A stretch of DNA of 64,000 nucleotides from the NCBI RefSeq assembly GCF_009914755.1, contig NC_060934.1; one strand, given 5' to 3'. Source of the stretch: the human T2T-CHM13v2.0 reference genome, Homo sapiens. The notes beneath the pieces were generated by a model. That model was not told where the DNA came from. It did not search any database and was given only the letters and a program-made list of their open reading frames with translations. Positions within the stretch are counted from its first letter, which is position 1; every line of letters begins with the position of its first letter. Below are positions 47,250 to 60,960 of this stretch, piece by piece. Made by a program: the position numbers and the translations under genes.

Positions 47250-48300
47250 TTTTTAATATTGTTGGATTTGCTTTGCTAATATTTTATGGAGAATTTATGT
47301 GTCTAAGTTCATGAAAGATATTGGCCTGTACTTTTTTTTGGTTTTGACTGGTTTGGTTATTTGGCAATAGCAACCTCATAAAATGAGTTGAAGTGTTCTC
47401 TCACCTTCTGTATTCTGGAATATTATATAACATTGGTGTTAATTCTTCTTTAAATATTTGGTAGAATTCACCAGTGAAACCATCTGGGCCTGGAGATTTA
47501 TTTTATGAATCTTTAAAATTATGCATGTAATTGTTAATGATGATAAAACTATTCAGATTTTCTGTTTTATCTTGTGTTTTTGTCATTTGTACTTTTTAAG
47601 GAATTGGTCAATTATTTCTAAGTTTTCAAATTTATTAGCATAAAAGTTGCTTGTAGTAGTATTTTCTTTTTAATGGCTACGAGATCTGTAATGATGTTCT
47701 GTATTTCGTTCTTGATGTTAATGTCTTCTCTTTTTTAGTTTTTGTCAGTCTTGCTAGGAGTTTCTCAATTTTAATGGTATTTTCCTAAGAACCAACTTTT
47801 TGTTTGGTAAATTTTCCCAATTGTTTTCCTATTACCAATTTCACTGATTTCGGCTCAGATCTTTTCTATTTCCTTCCTTCTGCTTGCTTGGATTTATTTT
47901 GTTCTTCTTTCTCTACTTTCTTGCTGTAAAAAAATTATTAACTTGAAATTTTTCCTCTTATCATAAGCATTTAGAACTATAAATTTTCTTCTTAGCACTA
48001 TTCTAGCTGCATGCCAGATTTTTTGACACATTCTTTTTTATTAAGTTGTATATATTTTTATTAACTTCCTTTGATACTTTCTCTTTACTCATGGATTATT
48101 TAGAAATATTGTTTAATGTACATATTTTTAGAGATTTTAAAAAACTTGTTATTGATTTCTGACTTTTTTTGTTTTGATTTCCAGTTTTATTCTATTACAG
48201 TCAGAGATCACATTCTGTCTGATTTCTATACCGTTAAATTTGTTGAGGTTTGTTTTATGGCCTAGGATAAGGCCTGCTTTGGTGAATGTCTCATGGGCTG
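47250..48300 (-). mobile_element. Old L1M ORF2 fragment, preceded by a partial Alu (~47117-47240)
   Basis: TTTGGTAGAATTCACCAGTGAAACCATCTGGGCCTGG antisense ORF2 motif. Confidence 0.8.
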
Positions 48301-50339
48301 TCCTCCACACTGTACCTGCTGTTGTTTCTTCTTCGGAATTCTAAGGTAATTGGTTTTTTTTTTTTTTTTGCCTTTTTTCCACAGTTAATAGTTGTTCTTC
48401 AGGAAGGATGGTCTGTAGGTGGGGTACATTGCTATAATTAAAAGCAAGACTTCTCCGCACTTTTTAGTTCCATCTTTATTTCTGTATGATTTTACTTTCT
48501 TCTGTTTCTTTCCTGAGTATAATCAGTTTTTGTTTTATTTCTTCCTGTTCTTTGTCCATTTCTGTTTTTAAAATTTTTGATCCATAGTATTTTTTAATAT
48601 CTCCAAATGCTTGTTTAAGGATATTTAATTCTGTTTCATTGGGTTAGTATTTTCTTCTCCCTTGTAGTTGTTTTCTTGGGCATGGGAGATGGTGGTTATT
48701 GTGGTTGTCAGCTCAAACTTTTTTTCCCTCATTTTGTTTGCTTCACTTCTCAGCAAAGTCTTCTGGTCACCCAGTCTAAAATTTCATCATGCCCCTCATA
48801 TCTTCTAATCTTTCTTATCTACCTTTTTTTTTCCTTTTTGCTGCTTATTACTATCTAACATATGTATTTTACATATCTTGTCTATTGCCTTTCAACCTAC
48901 CGAAGTATAAGCTCCAAGATGATTGGGACTTTTAAAAAAATTGTTTCGCCACTATTAATGCAAGGCACATAGTAGGCACTCGATTACTGCTTGTTGTATA
49001 AATAAATATATGAACAATTGATTAAACAAAGGTTTATTTGAATTAAGGTATCATGAAATGGTGTTTGCAGTACCAAGTCAGAGTTTATTGAGGTTCTGTC
49101 TGCTGTCATTGTCATGTTAGAATATTGCCTTGTGCTGATACAATTCCTTCTCATGAAAAACAAAAAACACTAAGAACAACAAGAATGTAGAATGAGTCTT
49201 ATTCCTACTAATGGAACTCCACGCAATAATCCATGTTTCTTGTCTGCCACCTGAAAATGTGAACAAATTTCATTATCCAACAAGTCTCATTTGCTTATTA
49301 TTTTTAATAACTATGACAATATACATAAAGGACTGTTGAAAATGGATAGTAATCCACTGGGTTAAAGAGAGCTCATCTCACCATTGCTGGAGGTTATTCC
49401 TCACTGTCTCATTTGACTCCTGTTTCAAAGAAGGGAATTATGGGAGGTTTTATAGCAGTTTATAGGGGAAAAGAGAAATTTCAGAGACTCTGGATGTTCA
49501 AGAAACATTTTTTGTTAGTGACTCATAAATAGGTTTAAATGTGGGTAGTTGACATAGATGATGCTTTAGATATAGGCTATGCGTGGATTTATTTTCTTTC
49601 TTAGGCTAGGAAGTAACTATCCCACCCTGCTGTATTTAACAGTCAAAATGATTCTATATTCTCTATATCTTTGATTGCAAAGTGATCTCTATTTATAACT
49701 ATCATTTATATTCTACATTTGAAAGAAATATATTCACAAGCACCCAGGAAAAAAATGATTTATTATATATGCCATATGAGTAAGAATTAATTACTTATCA
49801 TTTATAACAATGTAAAAAATCCTATCCCACACATTAGTTATGAGCCAGGCCGGAGGTATGGGGATTTGAAAAGAGATATGGATGATAGGAGGGAAAGGAA
49901 ATGAAGGGAGAGTGTTTGAGTTAAGGCAGTAGTTTCCCCCTGCTTGAAACTGGAGGCAACTTCATTCCAGAGAGATCTACAGAGAAGTACAAGTTCTCTG
50001 TTATAAGGGGCTAAAAATAAATCACTTTATTCTTGGCCATCAAGGACTTAGTTCCGGCACATGATAGGAATTAGAGCTAGATTTTAAAGTTCAGGGTAGA
50101 AGTGGATGAAAAAAAATAGCAAATAATCAGCCACAGATAGAGCTGCCAGATTCTTATTGAGAGAATGGATGAATGGTTGTCCAGGAATAGGGTTATCATG
50201 ACCAGGCGATGCTTCTCCATGTCCAGAAACTAAAATTTCTACATCAACACAACAAAAATCAAGAAGAAAATGTATGAGTTATTGGAAGTAAAACCAAGGG
50301 CTTAATTTGATTAGATCCACCAAACTTATCCTGCCCTGC

Positions 50340-50910
50340 TTGCTTTGGGTTGTTTGCTTGTTGCTTTTGTTTTTGTTTTTCCCTGAAGCTGAAGGCATGG
50401 TAGCTGAAGTCTGCACCACCGAATGCTGTAACTTAACCTTCACTGGCTACTTTACAGATAACATAAGTCACATGGTAGTGGTCACTTCAGTTGTTTTTTA
50501 GGAACTTAGGGCAGCTCCTGTCCAGTTCAAACCAGTTGAGACCACGTACCCTTCAACTAGGCATGTGCAGGTACCTGAGAGGGAAACTTTTGATGTCAGA
50601 GGCAAAAACTCCATTCTCAGATCATGCTAATGCTGATCTGAGACATATATCCTGTGAAATGCCATGAACCCTGATAATGCTGGCATAGATCACTGATTAC
50701 CTCATTTTAACCCACTGCCAATCACCTTTCCCTATGCCTTAGACCACCTGCTTCTCTAATCCATAAATATTTCCTATCTTTGGGGAGGCAGATTTGAGAG
50801 CTGTTGTCCACCTCCTTGCTGGGATGCCTAATTAATCTTTTCTTTTGCAAAAACCCATTGTCCCAGTAATTTATTTACTGTGCAGGTAGAGTGAACCTGG
50901 CTGGTATCAA
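50340..50910 (+). mobile_element. ERV1-class LTR (MER4-group-like)
   Basis: CCTGTCCAGTTCAAACC, CTCAGATCATGCTAATGC, TTTGGGGAGGCAGATTTGAGAG; boundaries approximate. Confidence 0.6.
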
Positions 50911-51647
50911 AAATACACAAAGAGACATCAACAAAATGATAGTATCATGATAACTGTCCTATACATAATACATTTTAATAACTTAAATACATGATTTCTT
51001 CAGTCATCTAGAGTTCTGTCTTTCTCTGTTACTTTTAGTAGGTCAGACAATTGTTCAAAGTTTGCAGCAGCTTGAAAGCAAATTCTTCAGTGAAAGGTGC
51101 CAGGTCTCTAGAGATAACAAGAAACTAGGTCTTTCTTACGTGGTTCTCATGGAAGTGATGGTGGGAGGGAGAGGCTGCTGGCCTTGCTCCAATGCCTTCA
51201 AGCCTTCCTGGAGTTCACCGTTTTTTTCTAGCTGTCATTCCCACATTATGATGAGTGTCAAACCTCCAAGATTAGGACCCTTTTCTGTTTTCCAGAGGGT
51301 GAGCTCTTCATGGGACAGCCATACTCCCAAGTTTCCACTCACTTTCTTACGTGACACCTCTGAGTCCAGGAACTTTCACATTGAGCCTTTGGGTCTGGCC
51401 CTGGAATAAGACTATTCTTATTTTCAGAGTTAGAGTTGTCAAATACTGATCTCTTGTCTTGAAAGGAGTTGGAGTGGGAGAAGGGTAGGGACTGAGTTCC
51501 TCTCAAATAATGAACATTTCTGAATTATCCAAAAATCTAAATGTCAAACAACCAAACAAATTGGTAGTATCAGTGATTTATTCCAAATAATTTTGGGACA
51601 AGTGGCTAGTAACCGGGAAAAAAAAAGTTGGAGCCTTCTATCACTGC

Positions 51648-52205
51648 TGTAGTAGGCAGAATTTAAAATATCCCCCATGACCTTTGCCCAGTTACTCTCA
51701 TGATTGCATTGTTATGTGGCGCAGTTGTTATTAAAATAGGGAGATTATCCTGGATTATTCAGGTGGGCCACATGAGGCCTTTAAAGCTGTAGAGAAGGAG
51801 CAGAAGTTAAGTCAGATCTGCAGCTATAGTAGTGCTCTCCTGTGGACCCTGAAAGAGCAAACTACCTTCTGCAGAGAGGGCTACCTGACGGGATAGTGGG
51901 TGACCTCTAAAAGCTGAGGATCCCTCCCTCTGTCTTCCATCCCCACAAAGTTTATAAACTGCAAGAAAGTGGGACTGTGGACCTACCAAGCAAGGAACTG
52001 GTTTCTGCAAAGGGTCTAAGTGAACTTGGAAGCTGATTTGACCGAGAGCCTGCCTGGCTTTTATTTAGCCTAGTGGGACCCTGAGCCAGAAATCAGTCAG
52101 GCTATGCCAGGCTTCTGACCTACAGAACTCAGATAATAAACGTGTATTGTTTTAAACTGCTAAATTTGTGACAATTTGTTACAGCAGCAATAGAAGACTA
52201 ATACA
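51648..52205 (+). mobile_element. MLT1 (MaLR) LTR
   Basis: TGTAGTAGGCAGAATT...GGGAGATTATCCTGGATTA...TTTGTTACAGCAGCAATAGAAGACTAATACA. Confidence 0.85.
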
Positions 52206-53464
52206 ATTCTTTACACCCAAATAAATTCCATATGTATCAATGATGAATAAATATGATTACAAAATAATTAAAATTTCCTGTACAATAAATTATCACAAAT
52301 AAAAATCAAAATTCAAATAACAAGCTGGGAAAATATTTGTAACATAGAAGCCAATTGGATAATTAACCTACTATTTAAATAATGTGCACAAATCAATAGT
52401 AAAATTTATTCTCACCCATAGTAAAATGAAATCAAATTAAAAGCACATGAGTTATCACCTTTTTGCTTATCATATTATCAAACACCAAAAAGTTTTGTTC
52501 AGGGTGTGAAAGAACAGGCACTTTCATTTCATATTGTTTGTGATGTAAATTGTTAATTCCTTTGAAAAGCAATTTGACAATACCAAAATTTTAAATGCAC
52601 ATACCTTTAATAATTCTACATTTTAAAATTTATCCTAAAGATACAACTCATTAATGTACCTAAAGATATTTATACAGGACTTCCATCACTTATGCAAAAT
52701 GTGTACTAACCGTGCTTTAGAATTTAAAATTGCTTAGAGTTTAGAAAGATAAGTTGGTGCATACAATACAGTATGTTTTGCAATAATTCTACTGGGACCT
52801 GGGATAACAACCTGCAATCAAACCTAGCTATATGTTAGCAAAAAAGATACATGAATTCACATTAAGTAGTAGAAGTAAAGATGATAAATAGCCTCACCTC
52901 AGTACAGCTATAGTTCAGCTGCCAAATGAGTGTGCCAAAAATTTGAAAAGACTAAATTTTCATAGCTGTTTGGACTTTAGAATAGTGGGTAAAGGATTTT
53001 AGATCTGTACAAGAACAATTCATTGCAGCATTTTTTTCCTGTAATTTTCATGGAAATTTAGATAGTATCTGTCTCCTAATAGAAAATAGCACTTGAAAGT
53101 GACATTGAAAATGGCATTTGAAGGGTTGATATAATTCAGACTACTTTGGTTAATGTTTCTGTTCCTTTAATAAGCTCCAATGGAGATCAGAAATAAGAAC
53201 ATTTTGAATGTTTTTTTCTACATTATTTTTTCTGGTCATTTGCCCAGTTAGATGATGGAGTATGGATCATACTTAGGAGAATATGTGCAGTTTGCTGAAG
53301 TGTTCTAAGTTCTTCACTCATCCATATGGCTAATTAACCCAAACTTGGGCAGAGGTATTAAGTGATTTCCTTCTCAAGAAAAAGTCAAGGGTATTAATGT
53401 TTCACTACCCTCTGGTTGTTTTTTGCTCCCTCCCTTTTAACTTTCTTTGAAAGATGATTTGAAG

Positions 53465-54136
53465 GTGTTTTCATCCATTTTGTGTTGCTATAACAGAATA
53501 TCTGAGACTGGGTAGTTTATAAAGAACAGAAACTTATTTGAGACTGGATAATTTATAAAGAACAGAAATTTATTTCTCACAATTGTGAAGGCTAGGATGT
53601 ACAAGATCAAGGTGCTGGCATCTGGTGGGGACCTTCTTGCTGTACCATTTCATGGCAGAAGGTGGAAGGGCAAAAGAGGACCAGTCCTGTCTGTGAAGTC
53701 CCTTTATAAGGCCATTTAATACAATTCAAAAGGGAGGAGCCCAGTGGTTTAAATACCTCTTAAAGGCCCCACCAACAGTGGGGCCAACAATACTATCACA
53801 TTGGCCATTTAGTTATGTTTAGTTTTGTTTTGAGACAGAGTCTCACTCTGTTGCCCAAGCTGGGGTGCAGTGGTGCCATCTTGGCTCATTGCAACCTCTG
53901 CCTCCTGAGTAGATGGGATTACAGGCCTGCACTACCACACCCGGCTAATTTTTGTATTTTTATTAGAGGTGAGGTTTCACCATGTTGGCCAGGCTGGTCT
54001 CAAACTCCTGACCTTAGGTGATCCGCCCGCCTTGGCCTCCTAAAGTACTGGGATTACAGTCATGACCCACCAAGCGCGGCTGGCCATTTAGTTTTAACAC
54101 CTGAATTTTGGAGGGAACATCTTCAAACTATAGCAG
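53465..54136 (-). mobile_element. MST-like MaLR LTR containing an internally deleted Alu (53815-54085)
   Basis: MaLR motifs on both sides of the Alu; Alu TSD ATTTAGTT at 53807-53814 and 54086-54093. Confidence 0.85.
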
Positions 54137-54219
54137 AGGGAGTGTGGAGATACACAATTTTGTAGGCTTATTAAGGAAACTGATAAATTATGGTTCCTCT
54201 TGAGGAAAGAGTACATGCT

Positions 54220-54787
54220 ACCAACCTAAAAGGAAGAGGCTGATGCACAAAATATAATTTGAAGAGTTTACTTGAGCCAAAGTGAGGGCAGCTGCCCAGA
54301 AGACTTAACTAACCTTGGATATGAGCTCCCTTCAGCCTTTGTTACAAACAGGCTTTTAAAGGCAAAAAGGGTGACAGAGTAGGCTGATACAAAGTTGTTT
54401 GTCAGGAATTCTGTTTGGTTTGCAGAAATAACATTGATAAGTGATTGGCTATTTTTTTTTGGTGTGGTATTTTAAATGTCATTTTCTTTTTTTAAAAATG
54501 TACTTTAAATTCTGGGATACATGTGCAGAACATGCAGGTTTGTTACATAGATATACACATGATTGGCTGTATGTTTTTAAGCTATAGGATGTGGGTTATA
54601 GTGTCCAGTGTGACATTATTAGGTTAATGTACAGCTGTTTATGGCAATAGTAAGCGGTTTCAAGAGATGAATACATAGCTTAAAGTGGGGAGTTACAACA
54701 TGATTGCTGTCTCATTTTCATGCCCTCCCCAGCCTGATAATTTAAAAGGACTTGCCTTCCTCAGATGAAAGAACTTTGCTTTCTTCA
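54220..54787 (-). mobile_element. ERV1-class LTR with a small L1 insertion at 54453-54559
   Basis: GAAGAGTTTACTTGAGCCAAAG...GCTCTCATTTT-like...TTTGCTTTCTTCA. Confidence 0.65.
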
Positions 54788-55547
54788 GTGCAAAGTAACT
54801 ATATAACAAAATATAAAATAACTGCATAATAACCATATAACCATGAGGAACAAAATATAACAAAACATCAGCAACAGAAAACATTTAGTTCACATGTGTA
54901 TTACATTCTGGTTGAATTTTTTCCCTCTGTCCCTTTAGATTTATATTGGCTAGTCTTTTCGTCAACAAATTTAGTTTTTAAATCTTGTTTTTAAGCAATA
55001 GAAAATCCTTTATCATTTCTAGAAGATAAACCCACAGCAGAGAGAAAAGACTATTTAGCCTCAAATTCTACAGCATTATAAACAACTACAGGGAAAATGA
55101 CAAATTTTTTTTTGTATGTATGTATGTATGTATTTCTAAGGGAAAAAATCCTTCTGTATAAAACTCACTGGATGACACCAATTTTTCTAAAAGTGGGAAT
55201 CAATACTAGAAGGATAAAACACCATTTTAAAATTCATGTTCCAAGTCAGTATTTTACTTTAATAACAGTTACAAAATAGTGAACAACGCACATGAAGCGA
55301 TAATAGCCGAAATCATATATCAGCCATGCATGCAGTTCATACTTGGTAGAGGGAGGTAGGAGGCACTGAAAGTGCACTGTTGGACGAATTTATAATCACT
55401 CTAAAAACAAAACCCTCTAAAAAGGGAACCTAGGGACTACCCAGACAAGATGGAAAGGCTCTGATTCATTTATTAGACTGCATAGAATTTCAGTCTGTAG
55501 TGAGCAGGGTACCTGGAACTCTATACATAAAATTCTGTGTCATATTC

Positions 55548-55840
<293 letters not shown>

Positions 55841-56409
55841 TCGTATTCTTTCACTTAATCCACAATATCATGTACCAATGGGCAAAACTTTGCTCCATTT
55901 CTAAAAATAGTTAAACTGAGAAATTATTCAAAGGTACATTTTTATATATAAGATATAGCAATTTTAAACATCTTACCCCTTGTGATGAATAAGAAATGGC
56001 ACAAAGCCACTACATATCATTTGAATATAAAACTTTTTTTCTTTTAAAACAGCTCTCATTTCCCATGCAATTTTAAGAAATAAAATTTTCCCCAAGGGGA
56101 TGGCAGGAATGTGATTTCATGAGAATTACTATAGTTGGAGAGAGTCCAGAAAATCTAAAATAATAAAATTGGTTATAAGCTGACAAATTTTATTGACTTA
56201 ACTGCAGGTTAAGATTTCACTCTGCTGGCTTTCAGAAAAAGGCCCTGACAAGTTAAATGAGAATGATTTAAAAATATAAGTTCAAAAAGCTACACAAATA
56301 CTTATAAAAGGTTATACAGTGTGTTGTATTTTTGAGATGACTTTTTTTCGAGCCTGTTAAGTCAAAGAGTCAGTTTAGTGATTTAAATATGTAAACTGAG
56401 AACACCATA

Positions 56410-56825
56410 AAATGATGGACTGGATTAAGAAAATGTGGCACATCTACACCATGGAATACTATGCAGCCATAAAAAAGGATGAGTTCATGTCCTTTGCAGG
56501 GACATGGATGAAGCTGGAAACCATCATTCTGAGCAAACTATCGCAAGGACAGAAACCCAAACACCGCATAGGTGTTTCTCACTCATAGGTGGGAATTGAA
56601 CAATGAGAACACTTGGACACAGGGCAGGAAATATCATACACTAGGGCCTGTCGTGGCGTGGGGGATGGGGGAGGGATAGTATTAGGAGAAATACCTAATG
56701 TAAGTGACCAGTTAATGGGTGCAGCAAACAAACATGGCACATGTATACATATGTAACAAACCTGCACATTGTGAACATATACCGTAGAACTTAAAGTATA
56801 CTACTACTACTACTACTAATAAAAA
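56410..56825 (+). mobile_element. L1PA 3' fragment with (CTA)n tail
   Basis: GACTGGATTAAGAAAATGTGGCAC...AGAACTTAAAGTATA(CTA)n. Confidence 0.93.
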
Positions 56826-57976
56826 CTGAAATTACCTCAACAAAAGGCAATGCCAGGTAGTTACAAACATGTACTACCCAATCCTGCCTGAAGGTGGGAG
56901 TCTTCAGTTATGTAATGGTTTAGGGCACAGCAAAAAAAAAAAAAAAAAAAAAACAAGAGTATTAGACGTAAAAGAAGAAACATTTTTACCCCACTCCAAT
57001 ATGACAGTGCAAAAATATAAGTATATAATTAAGGCTCCCTTATCCATCTAGAGTGATAATGGGCATTGACCCATCTATAAAAACAAACAAAAAAAAGAGA
57101 GCGAGAAGCCAAAAATGGAAGAGAAAGGTATACCTGAAGGAATTGGTTTACTCTACTGTAACGTTTGAGTGTTAGATAACTTAATGCTATGTAGCCTGAT
57201 GCTACTACAGTTCTTTTGGTGGAGAGATGGTGGAGTTACAATCACCAGGTGGCTGAATTATGTATGCTGAGTTACTTACCCAAAGGAAAAGACTGAGGAA
57301 GAATAATTGGAAAAATCTGCAGTTACAAATGACACATATATGTACTCAAAATGAAAGGGGAAGTACAAAGAACAAAAAAGGGAGTACAGGCTAACTATAA
57401 CAAACAGAAAGAACAATCACATCAGATTAATGTCTAGATTCTTAGGTCTTATGTCCTAATAAACAAAAGGTTAGTACTGACAACATGATACTTAAACGAC
57501 ATGTCTATGACAGCTAAGGTGAAACAGAAGCCAAACAGATTTCTTGCAGAAAGAAATGGCACAAGAAAACATTGGCATGCAAGTGCTTTTGATAACCATC
57601 TCTTATGAGACATAATAAATAGTATCTCTGGATTTATTTTGAATATGTCTAACTGGTTTGGCTGCTTCTCTTTATTTGGTAGTTCAACGTGAAAGCTAAA
57701 TTTGCCACATTGAGACCTCAAACCATGGTGGCAACACTGTTTATTTCCATGAAGCAGGGAAAATCCTTATGAATAAGAACTAAGGAGTAAAAGCACTGTT
57801 AGCTTACACAGGACTTAAAAAGGCTTTTCAACTAAGACATTTCTACATGAAATTTGGTACTTAATAATGGGTATAGTTGTATGTACTTCACAAACTTAAA
57901 GATTACTCAAATATGCACATAAAGGTAACAGTAAGCAACAACAACAAAAAGGAATCAGAAGTATCAGGTTACTGAC

Positions 57977-58111
57977 CCATGTCCTGAAGGAGCAATGAAG
58001 TATAAACAACACTGCACCCTGTTACCAGGCATCTGACATCTGTTCACTCGCGATTCTGCATTTAGGTAGTCCTCAAATTTACTATCAATATAATTGATAG
58101 CAGGCTGCCAG
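57977..58111 (-). pseudogene. SEPTIN7P9: SEPTIN7 duplicate exon ([45 protein letters not shown])
   Basis: Minus strand ttctatag|CTGGCAG...CATGG|GTCAGT, 135 nt, in frame with the previous exon; four substitutions vs recalled SEPTIN7 (V>A, D>N, R>C, D>G). Confidence 0.9.
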
Positions 58112-59005
58112 CTATAGAATGCAAATAAACAAAACAATTAAGTTGCAATACTACATATGAATTAACTGATGACTGTTAAAGGACAATAATCAATATTTTC
58201 AAATAGGCAAAATGAATTAACCAATGGAAGATATGTCAAGTTATTCTATATAAAGATTCAAAAATATAAATTGTGTTGAATAAATCTTTATTCATTATTT
58301 CAAAACTTTCCAAATGAAAGAAAATATTTATTGTTGAAACACAGCTAAATTATTAGCATACTATTGGCACTAGTAAGTGTATTAATAACACACTTCATAA
58401 TATGAAAACAATTATATTCAGTTTCAAATTTCAAAGGAGAGATTACTTAAATAATATAAAAACTTCATGATGAACTTAGGAGTTTTAAGAGTTGACAGAA
58501 AAATACCTCAAAAACAATGTAAATTCAAACAAAATTAAAGTTATTTATAAAATACTAAGATAATTACTTCAGACTAAAATTTCATAGTTTTCTTCACTTA
58601 GGACTTATGGAAAAACTGAAGGTCTAAATATCAGGTTTAAATTAGGATTGAGATAGAATTTATACAAATGGATAAAATTAAAGCAAACCGTTTTAAATTT
58701 CTTACAATAATGAGAATTCTTCTATCTAGCTACGTTATTTTGGAATATGTCTTAAAAACAATTTTATGATAGGTATTATCTCCATTTTATCAAAAAGTAA
58801 ATGGGTTCAAATAAGTTAAACTTCTTTGTTTAACTTTGAATTTAAACTTTGTCAAATAAGTGGCAAAGTTGGTATACAAACCTGTCATGTTACTTGAAGT
58901 TTGGTGACCTTTGCTAAGAAGAGTTTTAAAATGTTAAGAAGAGAAAGTTTAACCACCCCAGTACCCCAAATACACTGGAAAGTTGTGAGGACAAATCCTT
59001 TTTAC

Positions 59006-59106
59006 CAATTACTATTATCCACTGCATCTCCAAATCCTGGGGTATCAACTATTGTAAGCAGCAACTGAACACCACCTTCTTTGATTAAAACTTTGGATTG
59101 TTCCAT
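59006..59106 (-). pseudogene. SEPTIN7P9: SEPTIN7 duplicate exon ([34 protein letters not shown]), G3 motif DTPG
   Basis: Minus strand cttatag|ATGGAA...AATTG|GTAAAA, 101 nt; matches recalled SEPTIN7 except first codon ATG (Val in parent). Confidence 0.9.
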
Positions 59107-60124
59107 CTATAAGAGTAATTGGTGCAGATGTTAATATCATACATTACACCAGTGATTTCTTACCAGGGGTGATGGTAGGGATGTTTGAGTTTATCTACCT
59201 ACTCCCACATTTTCTTTAGGATCAATGATTGTGGGCATTGGGAATCCAGATTATTTGAAAGAAAAGCATATATACAAATAGTGTGCCAATCTCTTGGCAA
59301 ATTAATACTGGGTTTATGAGTCATACTTGGTATAAAGAAAGACAGAGGAACTGATAAAATTCTGATCACCACTAAAGACATGTAATACATAACTTAAATG
59401 TGCATCTAATAATACAATTAAGCAGTTTGAGTGATTCAGTCATTCACAGAGTTCAAATGTAATTAACCAGGCAAGAACATTTAATCTACCGTTTATAGTA
59501 AATGTCTTCCTGGACTATTCTCTATCAAGTTTGGCCCAAACCACTCACTCAAATGAACTTACTATCATTCCTAAATCTTTCTCAGCATGGATGTAATTAC
59601 CCTTATATTTATGTTATGGCTAGGATCCAATCCTCTTCTCAAATGCGATACTCCACATTCCGGAAAATGTAATCAGCAAAGGTCCAGACAGTTAATAAAA
59701 AAAAGTGTATTCTGGTAGGGTGAAATCTTACTGATTATTGGACTTAAATGATAACAACAGTTCCTGGAACAATTTAAGATATTCTGTAACCTCAAGCTCT
59801 GTATCAGGAGATGTATTATCATTCATCCTGGGCATATGCTGCTGTTAAATGCAAAGTATCAGTTTTCAGGAGCCCAAGATAAAGCAAACATGGATTCAAA
59901 TAAAAAGGGAATAATTCCTTCATAAGATAGGCTTTCTCCTGATACACATTTATATCAAGTCCTTTTTAAGGCAAGAGGCTCCAAGTATGCTGATAAGCTA
60001 ATTTACAAGACAAAAAGTTTGGGACACTTTTAGAGATAGCCTATTTCCTTTTGGCATGTTTTATAGATGCTACCTAATGCATGAAGAGACTAACATGCGG
60101 AGACTAAGATTGCTGAGCAAGAAA

Positions 60125-60340
60125 AGTCTGTAGCCACACTATCCAATAACACTTTCTGAGATGATGGAATTGTTGTGTATCCACACTGTCCAATATGGTA
60201 GCCACTTGCCCATGTGGCTACTTATTCCTTAAAATCTGACTAGTGCAAATAAGGAACTGATATTTAATTTTATTTAATTTGAATTAACTTAAATAGCCAC
60301 ATGTGGCTAGTGACTACTGAATACACAGCAGAGGTCTATA
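60125..60340. mobile_element. MER3-like hAT DNA transposon fragment
   Basis: CTATCCAATAACACTTTCTG...GATGGAA...CTGTCCAATATGGTAGCCACT...TAGCCACATGTGGCTAGTG. Confidence 0.7.
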
Positions 60341-60833
60341 GCAATCAAGAGTTTTCTGTTAAAAGAATTTTATTATCAAGAATAAAACTTATAAAACTGA
60401 AAAAAATTGCGAGATGTGGACATGCATGACTTATCTTTTAGAGAAATGAGATGCCAAAGTCTTATCTTTTAGATTAATGTTCTTCAAACTGCTTTGATCC
60501 TGATACAAACTATCAGTGAAAATTTTGCAGATCCAAAAGATATTTACCCACCAAATATATACTATTGGCAATCTGAATATTAAGTATTAATATGTATTAT
60601 CATTTATCTGTAGATTAAAAGTAAACATCAATAAATAAGAGTTGTAATAGTTTCTGATCATTCTCAGTATCAGTGATGGATGCATATCATTTAGAAGATC
60701 ACTGTTACATACCACATAACTAAGATAACATGTCTATTATCAGGTTACCCTAATAACATGAGAGAGGCAAAATGACTCAGAGAAAACAATCAGATTCATC
60801 AGTGTGAAATCATGAGAACCAAAGGAAAAAAAA

Positions 60834-60960
60834 TTTTTTTTTTTAGTCAGGGTCTCACTCTGTTGCCCAGGCTGGAGTGCATGGTAGATCATAGCTTACT
60901 GCAGCTTCAAACTCCTGGGTTCAAGCAATCTTCCCATTTCAGCCTCCCAAAGTGCTGGGT
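60834..60960 (-). mobile_element. Partial Alu (FLAM/AluJ-like)
   Basis: GGGTCTCACTCTGTTGCCCAGGCTGGAGTGCA...CCTCCCAAAGTGCTGGG. Confidence 0.85.
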
